Part shown: positions 1-8,970 of the stretch, piece after piece
Position numbering within the stretch: position 1 is the stretch's first letter
How the letters are laid out: every line of letters begins with the position of its first letter
Virus record (IMG/VR): IMGVR_UViG_3300035704_000393
Coordinates: 9,677 to 73,676 of that record
Source: a virus
DNA: 64,000 bases
Direction: 5' to 3' (one strand)
Made by a program: the position numbers and the translations under genes
Notes under the pieces: model-generated
Database searches by the model: none
Told to the model about the DNA's origin: nothing
Seen by the model: only the letters and a program-made list of their open reading frames with translations

Positions 1-1
1 C

Positions 2-1063
2 GCCGCTGCCGCCGCCGCCGCATCATCAGGCACGCCGATCACGACCGGCTCCCTGGCCGGCGGGACGATCACCCCCGCGGCAGCCGGGTCGCTGCTGGTC
101 GTCGGGGCCTGCATCGGGGCCACTGAGAACGCCTGGCTCCCCGCAGGCGGCGTCGGCACCGACCTGACCCACCAGGACACCACAGACGGCATCCAGTCGT
201 TCAACGGGCACCTGATCGCCGGCCCGCACCCGGCTGCGCCCGGCTGGAAGCCGCTGTCCAACGCCGCCGAGTACTCCTGGGCCGCCCTCGAAGTCCTCGC
301 CGCGGCCCCGCCGTCCATCCCGGTCATCCAGGCGGTCACCGCCCCGAACGCCACGACCGTCACGCTGCCCTACCCGACCCGGGCCGGCTCGGCGCTGATC
401 ATCGGGATCTCCCTCGCCGACGGCGTGAACGCCCCGCCCTCAGTGACCGGCGTCACCACCGATACCGGCACCGCGGCCCTGGCCATCGCCGAGACCACGG
501 TCACGAACACCGCCCAGAACGGTTACTACGCCGCCATCTGGTGGGTGGCCGACTGCCCGGCCGGCACCACCACCGTGACCATCGCCACCACCGCGGGCCT
601 GTCGAACTCGACGGGCTTCTCGGTGGTCGAGGCGCCCGTCACCCTCCTGGACGGCACCAGCGCCGGCGCGGCCAGCGCGAACGCTTGGAACAGCGGCGAC
701 GCGGCCATGTCCTGGCCCGCGGAGCTAGTCGTCGGCGTGATCGGCGGCGGGTTCGGCAACGGCTCCTACTCGTTCCTGACCGGCGCCACCGCCCACCCGG
801 CCACCGGGCTGCTGCTGCTGAACCAGAGCGCCGAAGGTACGGCATACCTGATCACCGGGACCGGCGACGGGGCCACCGCCCAGTTCAAGGGCGCGATCAC
901 CGGCGCCAGCTCCTACAACACGGACTGCGTAGTCGCCACATTCGCGGCGCCCGCCTTCCCCGCCGCCGCAGCCGACCTGCACGACACCGGGCAGGGCTCC
1001 TGGGTCAGCCCCGGCGCGGCCACCGCCGACGACGGCGCGGCGGCCACCTGGGCGGTGACCTGA
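2..1063 (+). CDS. Virion-associated/minor structural protein, 5'-partial (Ala/Thr/Gly-rich beta-sandwich modules)
   Basis: The frame of ORF 425..1063 stays open back to position 2 with high GC3. Composition is typical of actinophage tail/decoration proteins. Confidence 0.55.
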   Translation, partial: AAAAAAASSGTPITTGSLAGGTITPAAAGSLLVVGACIGATENAWLPAGGVGTDLTHQDTTDGIQSFNGHLIAGPHPAAPGWKPLSNAAEYSWAALEVLAAAPPSIPVIQAVTAPNATTVTLPYPTRAGSALIIGISLADGVNAPPSVTGVTTDTGTAALAIAETTVTNTAQNGYYAAIWWVADCPAGTTTVTIATTAGLSNSTGFSVVEAPVTLLDGTSAGAASANAWNSGDAAMSWPAELVVGVIGGGFGNGSYSFLTGATAHPATGLLLLNQSAEGTAYLITGTGDGATAQFKGAITGASSYNTDCVVATFAAPAFPAAAADLHDTGQGSWVSPGAATADDGAAATWAVT

Positions 1064-1064
1064 C

Positions 1065-4000
1065 GTGACGTTCCCGACGATCCCGGACTCCGCATCCGGG
1101 CGGATCATCTTCAGCCTCCAGGCCAACACCACCGCGACCCGCACCTTCCCCAACCTGGGGACGCTGACGAAGAACCCCGGCGACCTGCTCATCGCCATCT
1201 GCGTCTGCTACCAGTCGAGCCTGACCGCGAACGTGTTCTCCGGCTGGGGCACGGGCTGGACCGAGTTCCACGACTCGGCCGGCTCGTCGCTGATGTGCGT
1301 CGGCATGGCGTACAAGTGGTCCACCGGGTCCGAGACCGGCACCTTCTCGGTGACGCAGGGCGGCACGATCACCGGGCACGCCGCGCTGCTCGTCATGTCC
1401 ATCCCCGGCGCGCACGCCACCAGCCCCCCCGAGGCCGGCTCCCGGGCGTCCGGCACCAGCACGGCCGCCGACCCGGCCGCGTTCTCCCCGTCCTGGGGCG
1501 CGGACGACAACCTGTGGATCGCGGTCGGCGGCGCGGGCGAGACCTCCACCACCGGGTCGTTCACCGGGCTGAACACCGCGCCGACGAACTACGCCGGCTA
1601 CTTCGGGACGAACTTCACCTCCGACGTGGTGGGCGGTACCGGGCAGGCGGTCGCGTTCCGGCAGCTCAACGCCGCGTCTGAGGACGTGGCCGGGTTCGGC
1701 GTTGACACGTCCAACGCGCGCAACGCCGCGGTCGTCATCGCGGTCCGCCCGGCCCCCGCCGCCGTCCCGGAGGACAGCCCGGGCCTGGAGGCCAGCGGGT
1801 TCGGCTCGTTCGACGGCATCGCGTCCGGCGACACCATCACCTCGGTCACCGCGACGGTCGGCCAGTGGCAGTCGGCCACCGCCGGCATGAGCGCGCCGAC
1901 CTACGAGCTGTGGGACGGCACCACCGCCCGGATCGGCTCCGCCCAGGCCGGGTCCGTGGCCACCGCCACCACTAACACCGACTCGGTGACCTGGACCGGG
2001 GTCGCCTACGCCCAGCTCGCCGACCTGCGGCTGCGGGTGTACGCCCACTCGGCGTCGGCGCCGTCCGGCACGGTCCAGAACGTTGATTTCGTGGCCTTGT
2101 CGGTCGCCTTCGTGCCGGTTCAGGGCGGCACGGCCGTCACCGCGGGCCTGCCCGCAGGCACCGGGACCGCGCCGCCGTCGGCCGGCCACCTGGCCGCGGC
2201 TCCCGCGGCGGGCGCGCCAGCCGGAGCCGGCACCAGCCCGCAGCCGAACGGATCACCGGCCGGCACGCCAGTCGCGGGCAGCCCGGCAGGCGCCGGGACA
2301 GCACCCCGGCCCGCCCCGGCTGCCGCCGCCGCCGCCGCGGCCGGCCTGCCCGCCGGAGCCGGCGCCAGCCCGCCGCCGCAAGGCCACCCGGCCTCGGCTC
2401 CCGCTCCGCCCGTCCCAGCCGGGACCGGCACCGCGCCGCCGCCGTCCCGCGGTATCACGGTCCAGCCCGGCGCAGCGCAGGGCACCGGCACCGCCAGCTC
2501 GCCGGCACCGGCCGCCGCAGCCGCCGCCGGGGCCGCGCAGGGAACCGGCCAGGCGCCGCGGCCGTCCCCGGCTGCCGCCGTCCGCGCCGGACCCGCCCAG
2601 GCCGCCGGCGCCGCACCCGCAGCGGCCCCCGCGGTCACCGTCAGCGCGGGCCTGGCCGCCGGGACCGGCACGAGCCCGCCGCCCGCCGGGACCGCGGCCA
2701 CCGCACCCGCGCCGCCCGCCCCGGCCGGGACCGGCACGGCGCCGCCGCCGTCGCCGGCCGCCGCAGCCGCGCCAGCGGCCGGACCCGCCCAGGGCGCCGG
2801 GCAGGCGCCGCCGCCATCCCGCGCCGTCACGGCCAGCGCCGGGCTCGCAGCGGGCACCGGGACGGCCCCGCCATCGTCGGCCTCCACGCTGACCGCCGGG
2901 CAGGGCCAGGCTGGCCCGGCCCAGGGCACAGGGCCGGGCCTGCCACCTCAAGGTAGCCCCGCTGCCTCGATCACCGCCCCGCCAGCCCAGGGCGCTGGTA
3001 CGGTACCAGGACCGGTCCTGGCCGTGGCCGTCCGCGCAGCCGCAGCGGCGAGCGGCACCGGCCAGGCACCGGCCCCCGCCGCCGGCGCCGGAACCGTTGC
3101 AGGCGCACCAGCCGGCGCCGGCGCGGCGCCCCGCCCCGCAATCGGCATCGCCGTCCCGGCCGGAGCCGGCCAGGCACCCGGAGCCGGCCAGGCACCCCAG
3201 CCCGCGATCGCCGCGATCGGCAACGGCACCGGCACCGCAGGCCAGGCAGCGGGCGCCGGGACCGCACCAGGACCGGCCCCGTCGCCCGCTGTCCCCGCCG
3301 GCCCAGCAGCCGGGCAGGGCCAGGCCCCGGCCCCGCAGGCAGGCGCCGGAGCGCTCGCCGGCCAGGCCGCCGGAACCGGGACAGCCCCGGGGCCGCAGCC
3401 GGGCGCCACCAAGACTGTCAGCGCAGGGCTGGCAGCCGGCACCGGCCAGGCATCTGCACCGGCCCCAGCCGGTGCCGGGCAGCCCAGCCCAGGCCCCGCG
3501 GCCGGGACCGGGACCGCGCCGCCACCGCAGATCCTCGCGCAGGGCATCGGCCTCGGCCAGCCGCAGGCCGCCCAGGGCGCCGGCCAGGCACCGGCATCCG
3601 CGGCCCAGCCCGCCATCACCGTCCAGCCCGGACCCGCAGCCGGCGCCGGCACGGCCGCAACCCCGGCCAGCGGCGCCGCCGTCCAGGCCGGACCCGCAAG
3701 CTCGGCGGGGCAGGCGCCGCGCCCGGCCGCGGCCCTGGCGCCCGTCGCACCGGCCGCCACCGGAACCGGGCAGGCACCCGGCCCGCAGGTGTCCACCGTC
3801 CCGCAGGCCACCGTCCACCCAGGACCCGCCACCGCGGCCGGGCAGGCGCCCGGACCAGCACCCGCCACGACCGCGGCCGTCCACCCCGGCGCCGCAGCCG
3901 GAACCGGCCAGCCACCCGCCCCGACTACCGCGGGCGCGTTCACCGCCCGCCCAGCCACCGGAACCGGCACCGCGCCGGTCCCCGGTCTGCTCGCCGCCGT

Positions 4001-4388
4001 CGCGCTTCACCCGCTCACGGCGGCCGGTGCCGGCGCAGCCCTCCCGGCGACAGGACAGGGCGCCTACGCCGTCACCGCCGGGCCGGCCAGCAGCCAAGGC
4101 GCCGCGCTGACGGCCGCGCTGACGCTGGCCGCCAGGGCGCACGCACTGGCCGCGCTCGGAACCGGCACCGCCCCGCCACCCGTGGCACGGGCGACGTCAA
4201 CCGTCTCGCTGCTCACCGGCGTGACAGCCCGCCCACCCGAAACCGCCTGGGCCGCCGGGCCGCCAGCCGGCGGCGCCTGGGCGGCACGCGAACCCGCGGC
4301 CAGGTGGGCGGCAAGAAACCCGGCCAGCCGCTGGAGTGCGCGGACAGCGGTCAGCCGGTGGGCGGCCGGACCGCCGAACAGCGAGTAG
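1065..4388 (+). CDS. Large virion protein: N-terminal beta domains, long Ala/Gly/Pro repeat (AG..A.GTG.AP.P) and C-terminal W-x-A repeats
   Basis: 1107-aa ORF. A ~20-aa repeat unit spans ~2130-4190, and the same unit occurs at the start of the tail gene at 50114. Confidence 0.65.
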   Translation: MTFPTIPDSASGRIIFSLQANTTATRTFPNLGTLTKNPGDLLIAICVCYQSSLTANVFSGWGTGWTEFHDSAGSSLMCVGMAYKWSTGSETGTFSVTQGGTITGHAALLVMSIPGAHATSPPEAGSRASGTSTAADPAAFSPSWGADDNLWIAVGGAGETSTTGSFTGLNTAPTNYAGYFGTNFTSDVVGGTGQAVAFRQLNAASEDVAGFGVDTSNARNAAVVIAVRPAPAAVPEDSPGLEASGFGSFDGIASGDTITSVTATVGQWQSATAGMSAPTYELWDGTTARIGSAQAGSVATATTNTDSVTWTGVAYAQLADLRLRVYAHSASAPSGTVQNVDFVALSVAFVPVQGGTAVTAGLPAGTGTAPPSAGHLAAAPAAGAPAGAGTSPQPNGSPAGTPVAGSPAGAGTAPRPAPAAAAAAAAGLPAGAGASPPPQGHPASAPAPPVPAGTGTAPPPSRGITVQPGAAQGTGTASSPAPAAAAAAGAAQGTGQAPRPSPAAAVRAGPAQAAGAAPAAAPAVTVSAGLAAGTGTSPPPAGTAATAPAPPAPAGTGTAPPPSPAAAAAPAAGPAQGAGQAPPPSRAVTASAGLAAGTGTAPPSSASTLTAGQGQAGPAQGTGPGLPPQGSPAASITAPPAQGAGTVPGPVLAVAVRAAAAASGTGQAPAPAAGAGTVAGAPAGAGAAPRPAIGIAVPAGAGQAPGAGQAPQPAIAAIGNGTGTAGQAAGAGTAPGPAPSPAVPAGPAAGQGQAPAPQAGAGALAGQAAGTGTAPGPQPGATKTVSAGLAAGTGQASAPAPAGAGQPSPGPAAGTGTAPPPQILAQGIGLGQPQAAQGAGQAPASAAQPAITVQPGPAAGAGTAATPASGAAVQAGPASSAGQAPRPAAALAPVAPAATGTGQAPGPQVSTVPQATVHPGPATAAGQAPGPAPATTAAVHPGAAAGTGQPPAPTTAGAFTARPATGTGTAPVPGLLAAVALHPLTAAGAGAALPATGQGAYAVTAGPASSQGAALTAALTLAARAHALAALGTGTAPPPVARATSTVSLLTGVTARPPETAWAAGPPAGGAWAAREPAARWAARNPASRWSARTAVSRWAAGPPNSE

Positions 4389-4702
4389 GACCTCCTACGC
4401 GCCACGGCGGTCCGGCCAATCACCTCACCTCAAACCGGACCGGAAAACATGAACGACGGCTTCGCGATGGTCCCGCTCGGCCCGTTCAACGCCGCCGACG
4501 GCCGGTGGTGCTGCGGGCTGCGCTGCACCGGCCGCGTGCCCGGCGTCCCGTGCCCCTACGGGCTCAGGGTCCGCCCGACAGCCAGCAAGGGAGACACGCC
4601 GCGTGCTAGCACTAGCCCAGTGGGTCACGGACTGGCTGAACCGCCGGCGCCGCCGGAACAGGAGGAACCGATGGACACGAGCCCGGACACCTGGACCGCG
4701 CC

Positions 4703-5149
4703 ATAGCCGACCTCTCCTGGGTCACCACCAGGCTCGCCGTCGGCGCCGCCCTGGACGGGGCCGCTGACATCCGCCTGCTGCCCGCAGCCGGGATCACCCA
4801 CTGCGTCGACGTCCGCGCCGAAGCCGACGACACCACCCTCATGACCGCCGCCGGCCTGGCCTACCTGCACCACGGCACCGCAGACGACCTGGTGGACGAC
4901 AAGCCCCCGGAATGGTTCCGGCCCGCCGTCGAGTTCATCCTCGACGCGACCGCCCTGCCCCGGTTCAAGACCCTGATCTACTGCGCCGCCGGCTTGTCCC
5001 GCGCCCCGTCCCTGGCCTACGCCGTCATGCGCGCCCAGGGCTGGCCGGCCGACCTCGCCGAAGCCAAGGTCTGCCTGGCACGGCAGCTCACCGGCCTGAC
5101 CTACAAAGACTCCGCCGACCGGGCCGTGCACCAGCTCGGCTACACCTAA
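4703..5149 (+). CDS. Dual-specificity (CX5R) protein phosphatase; start codon uncertain
   Basis: P-loop YCAAGLSR. In-frame upstream of the annotated ATG (4841) is the DSP-like N-terminus IADLSWVTTRLAVGAALD...GITHCVDVRAE. Confidence 0.8.
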   Translation: MADLSWVTTRLAVGAALDGAADIRLLPAAGITHCVDVRAEADDTTLMTAAGLAYLHHGTADDLVDDKPPEWFRPAVEFILDATALPRFKTLIYCAAGLSRAPSLAYAVMRAQGWPADLAEAKVCLARQLTGLTYKDSADRAVHQLGYT

Positions 5150-5223
5150 GACCCCCCGTTCGCGGCGGGAACACGCGGGGGCGCCCGGGCCTGGCACCTC
5201 CGGCAGGCCCGGCCGCCCCCGCG

Positions 5224-5240
5224 CTAATAAATTTAATAAG
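5224..5240. promoter_or_regulatory. AT-rich element (ctaataaatttaataag), possible promoter or operator
   Basis: Almost pure AT tract in very GC-rich DNA, ~20 bp upstream of a GGAGG RBS. Confidence 0.35.
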
Positions 5241-5260
5241 TCCCAGGTCAGGAGGCCGCC

Positions 5261-5431
5261 GTGGCTCTCATCGTCATCGGGATCATCTGCATCATCCTGG
5301 CCGTCGTCCTCCCGCTGGCCGTGCTGTGGACGATCGGCGTCATCCTGATCGTCATCGGCCTGATCCTGGTCGCCCTGTCGTTCGTGCCGTCCTACTCCGG
5401 CCGCTGGTACGGCCGCCGCCGCTACTGGTGA
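5261..5431 (+). CDS. Small two-TM membrane protein (DUF6131-like), not in ORF track
   Basis: GGAGG RBS plus GTG start; translates to VALIVIGIICIILAVVLPLAVLWTIGVILIVIGLILVALSFVPSYSGRWYGRRRYW. Confidence 0.75.
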   Translation: MALIVIGIICIILAVVLPLAVLWTIGVILIVIGLILVALSFVPSYSGRWYGRRRYW

Positions 5432-5436
5432 CCGCG

Positions 5437-5676
5437 ATGCTCACCGACGATGACCGCCGCGCCCGGTACGCCCGCCAGGCCGGCCCCGGAACCCGGCCGC
5501 TCACCGGCCCGCAGCGCCGCAGGATGAAGCACAAGGCCGCCCGCGCCCGCGACGCCGCACCGCGACGCGACGCCGCCGCCGCCGCCCGCACCGCCCGCGA
5601 CGCCGCCGCCGCGCAGGCCCGCGACGCCGAGCTGCTCGGCCGCAGGCTCCCGCTCCAGCTGCCCCCGCTCGGCTGA
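5437..5676 (+). CDS. Small basic hypothetical protein
   Basis: ATG just after the previous stop; Arg/Ala-rich helix. Confidence 0.45.
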   Translation: MLTDDDRRARYARQAGPGTRPLTGPQRRRMKHKAARARDAAPRRDAAAAARTARDAAAAQARDAELLGRRLPLQLPPLG

Positions 5677-5689
5677 CGGGACGGCCGCG

Positions 5690-5989
5690 GTGCGGATACT
5701 GGCAACCTCCCGGACCTACATGTACATCGAGATCGACCCGCCGCCCGAGATCGGCGACGTCACCCAGTACCCGCCCGAGGCCGCGCTGATCGCCGACAAC
5801 GGAACCGAGCCCGCCGACACCGACTACAGCGCCGCGTCGTGGATCTCCGGCAAGGTCGCCCTGCTCGTCGGACCCGGCGGCAACGGCGCCGTCTCCTACC
5901 CGGCCGGGGACTACTTCGCGTTCGCGCGGATCACCGCCGGCGTCGAGCAGGTCGTGCTCCCCTCCGGCCGGGTCCGCATCGGCCTGTGA
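5690..5989 (+). CDS. Small actinophage virion-type protein (Ig/BppU-like)
   Basis: Pattern LLVGPGG...GDYFAFARITAGVEQVVLPSGRVRI; good codon usage. Confidence 0.55.
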   Translation: MRILATSRTYMYIEIDPPPEIGDVTQYPPEAALIADNGTEPADTDYSAASWISGKVALLVGPGGNGAVSYPAGDYFAFARITAGVEQVVLPSGRVRIGL

Positions 5990-6040
5990 ACACACGGAAG
6001 GCCCGGCCAACCCGCCCCACACCCCCGGCCGGAGGCCGCC

Positions 6041-6334
6041 ATGAAAGTCTTCCGCTACGAGGTCCCGGACGACGACCAGTGGCACGAGATCACCCTGGCC
6101 GGCCCGATCGTGCACACGGCCATCCGCGACGGCGCGTTTCACTTCTGGGCGCTCGCCGGCGCCGGCAGCTCCGCCGCCGCGAAGCTGCGCCTGTTCGGCA
6201 CCGGGGACGAGGTGCCCGAGGACACGATGTACCGGGGCACTGCCATCACCGAGTCGGGGCGGCTGGTCCTGCACCTGTTTGAGGCGGCCTTGATGGCTAA
6301 GGACCAGCGCCGGACTACGGAGACGACGCCGTGA
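6041..6334 (+). CDS. Conserved phage hypothetical protein (DUF7352-like)
   Basis: GGAGG RBS; pattern VFRYEVP...FWAL...FGTGDEVP...YRGTA...LVLHLFE. Confidence 0.6.
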   Translation: MKVFRYEVPDDDQWHEITLAGPIVHTAIRDGAFHFWALAGAGSSAAAKLRLFGTGDEVPEDTMYRGTAITESGRLVLHLFEAALMAKDQRRTTETTP

Positions 6335-6364
6335 CGGCGTAGGTACTAGAACACAAGAGGGACA

Positions 6365-7966
6365 GTGACCGCGTTCGCCCCGACCGACTGGCGGCGGCAC
6401 ACCAGCGAGGCATGCCAGCCCCACCCGCGCACATGGCCCACCCCCGGCGCCCTGGCCCGCGCCCTCGACCACACCACCCGCGACTCCCTCGCGCTCCAGG
6501 TGATCGACCGGGAACTGGTCAAGACAGCCGACCACCAGGTCGACGCCGGCGGCCTGATGATCTTCATGAGCCCCCAGGAAGGAAAGAGCCAGCGGGTCTC
6601 CCGCCGTTTCCCGCTCTGGCTGCTGGCCCACGACCCGTCGCTGCGCATAGCGATCGTCAGTTACGAGCAGGAATCCGCGGTCAGGTGGGGCCGGCAGATC
6701 CTCCGGGACATCCGGAGCGCGGACCCGGCCGTGCTCGACGTCCAGCTGATGGCCGACAGCTCGGCCGCCGGCCGGTGGGACACCCGCGAGGGAGGTGGTG
6801 TCTACTGCGTCGGCGTTGGCGGTGCCTTGACTGGCCGTCCCGTCGACGTGTTACCCCTGCTTATTATTGATGACCCAGTGAAAGGCCGCGAGGAAGCCGA
6901 ATCGGAGATCATCAGGTCCCGCGCCTGGGACTGGTGGGAAAACGTAGCACTCACGAGACTCGCGTCTAACGGCGTGGCGATCCTGATGATGACTCGCTGG
7001 CACGAGATGGACCTGGCCGGCGCCATCCTGGCCCGGCCCTCCCCGATGCAGTGGCGCATCCTGAAGATCCCCGCCATCAGCCACGGCAAAGGCGACCCGC
7101 TCGGCCGCCCCGAAGGCGCCGAGATGCCCTCGGTCCGGGACCGCCCGCCCGGCTACTTCACCCACCGCCGGGCCACGACCACCCCCTACGTCTGGTCCTC
7201 GATCTTCGACCAGCAGCCCACCGCGGCCGTCGGCAACTTCTTCCGCCGCCAGGCGTTCCGCTACTGGCGGACCGTCACCGGGCAGCCCGACCCGGCGCTC
7301 ATCCTCGGCCGGCCCCACATGACCGGCGCGTGGATCGAGCTGGAAGGCCGCCGCCGCGTCGACCTCACCGACCCCGGCGTGTGGCGCTTCGCGACCTGCG
7401 ACGTCGCCGCATCGGAGAAGACCTCCGCGGACTACACGGTGGTCTCGGTGTGGTGCATCGACCGGGAAGGCGACCTGATCCTGCTCGACCGGGCCAGGGG
7501 CCAGATCGAGATGGCCAACCACTTCGACATGGCCAAGCCGCTCCGGGACCGCTGGCACTACGACGTCCTGTACGTCGAGCACTCGTTCTACTCCAAGACC
7601 CTGGTCATCGACGCGCGGACCAACGGCGTCCCGGTAGCCGAAGTCCAGGCGGACACCGACAAGGTGACCCGGGCCATCCCCGCGGCCGGCCGGCTCCACT
7701 CCGGCAAATGCTGGTTCCCCGCAGCCGCGCCCTGGCTCAGCGAGTGGGAAGACGAGCTGGCGTCGTTCCCGCGCGGCGCCCATGACGATCAGGTCGACTG
7801 CTTCTCGTACGCCGCCCGGATCGCCGCCGCGCACTGGACGCCGCCCCCGCCGCCGTCGCGGCCCGCCCCGGTCGGCCCTGACCTGGAGCGCATCGCCAGC
7901 GCCTACGCCGCCGGCACCGGGAACGGCGACCACCACGTCGACATCATGAAACTGCCGCTGGGCTGA
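6365..7966 (+). CDS. terL: Terminase large subunit
   Basis: Walker A variant MSPQEGKS, Walker B LIIDDPVK, MTRWH motif; RNase H-like nuclease motifs CDVAAS, ADYTV and FPRGAHDDQVD. Confidence 0.95.
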   Translation: MTAFAPTDWRRHTSEACQPHPRTWPTPGALARALDHTTRDSLALQVIDRELVKTADHQVDAGGLMIFMSPQEGKSQRVSRRFPLWLLAHDPSLRIAIVSYEQESAVRWGRQILRDIRSADPAVLDVQLMADSSAAGRWDTREGGGVYCVGVGGALTGRPVDVLPLLIIDDPVKGREEAESEIIRSRAWDWWENVALTRLASNGVAILMMTRWHEMDLAGAILARPSPMQWRILKIPAISHGKGDPLGRPEGAEMPSVRDRPPGYFTHRRATTTPYVWSSIFDQQPTAAVGNFFRRQAFRYWRTVTGQPDPALILGRPHMTGAWIELEGRRRVDLTDPGVWRFATCDVAASEKTSADYTVVSVWCIDREGDLILLDRARGQIEMANHFDMAKPLRDRWHYDVLYVEHSFYSKTLVIDARTNGVPVAEVQADTDKVTRAIPAAGRLHSGKCWFPAAAPWLSEWEDELASFPRGAHDDQVDCFSYAARIAAAHWTPPPPPSRPAPVGPDLERIASAYAAGTGNGDHHVDIMKLPLG

Positions 7967-8004
7967 CCGGGATTTTACGAAAAAACGCAACGTAAAAACC
8001 CCGG
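7967..8004. terminator. Imperfect AT-rich hairpin immediately after terL
   Basis: ccgggattttacg ... cgtaaaaaccccgg. Confidence 0.4.
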
Positions 8005-8006
8005 CG

Positions 8007-8650
8007 CGGGGAGGGTAGCTAGTCCTCCCCGGCCGGGCCGTCACCGTACGCGCCCGGTGTCCACGGCGCCAGGACATCAGCGGACCGGGCTCGCGCCTGG
8101 TCACTCTTCACCGGTAGGCCGCGGTAGCTAATCCCCGCAGCCGGCTGCCGGCCTGGACGATCTGAAGTTGTAGGGACCGGCGAGAGGCTGAGGCCACGAC
8201 GTCCCGTGGTCCCCTCCCGGCCGCGCGTCCTGAACGCCGGCCCCAGGTCTGTGTCAGTCAGAGGACCAGAGCGGGGCACCGGCCGGGATTATTGTCAGCT
8301 ACCCTCCCCGGGTCGTGGCCACTCACCGGATGCTCTCACCTATCGTCGTCCCGTTCGCAACGTTCGCTCCCGGTTTCGCTTTCACCGTTCACGCTCCGCA
8401 AGCCTTCGTTCAGGGATCGCCCTCCGCCTGTCGTTGCTCCCAAGTCCATGTTGGGGTCGTGGCGTCTGGGTCGTGGTCGTTAGCCGTCAGGGCTGTTTCA
8501 TAGCGCTACTCTGCGGGCCGGGGCACCTCCGTAGTCCGGTGCCCCGCTCTGGTCCTCTGTTGAGTTGTGACGGCCGGGGCCGGGGGGTTCCTTCAGCGGT
8601 GGTGTCCCGCTGCGGCTGATCCCGGTTCCGGGTTGTTCCCCGGCCGTTCA
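8007..8650. ncRNA. Candidate large structured non-coding element or RNA
   Basis: No credible ORF. Perfect inverted repeats at 8007-8020/8297-8310 (14 bp), 8259-8282/8536-8559 (24 bp), 8570-8579/8638-8647 (10 bp) and 8192-8200/8312-8320 (9 bp). Confidence 0.45.
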
Positions 8651-8970
8651 CTAGGTATAACAAACCACCGCGGATTTAATTCCCGGTGACGGGAGAACAT
8701 TTCCGGCCTGCCCCTGCAAGGCCGGGCTACGACGACCACGCCCAGATCCAGTTCTTCGGCCACCACCGCCACCGGAACCGCAGGCACGGGCACCCCGGCG
8801 CCGAGCACTCAGTCGGCGGCCGGCCCCCCGGCGACCGGTAATGCAGGTGACCCGCCCGGCGATCCCGGCACACGCAGACACGGTTCACGCTCGTCCCCTC
8901 CCTGGCCCGGGATCGTAACGGCCGCCGTGTCCCCCCCGCCGCCGAACCGCTGAAAGAGAAGGGGCTCCCC

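Noticed and set aside
2083-4423. Many long alternative-frame and antisense ORFs over the A/G/P repeat
   Set aside because: Shadow ORFs caused by high GC and a stop-poor repeat; low-complexity Arg/Pro translations.
4449-4706. 85-aa ORF before the phosphatase
   Set aside because: The 5' half may be coding, but codon usage degrades and there is no motif; insufficient support.
5437-6334. Terminase small subunit upstream of terL
   Set aside because: None of the small ORFs shows a convincing TerS pattern; not assigned.
7967-8900. tRNA, tmRNA or group I/II intron identity for the structured region
   Set aside because: No cloverleaf with a T-loop and no recognisable intron core by eye; left as unclassified.
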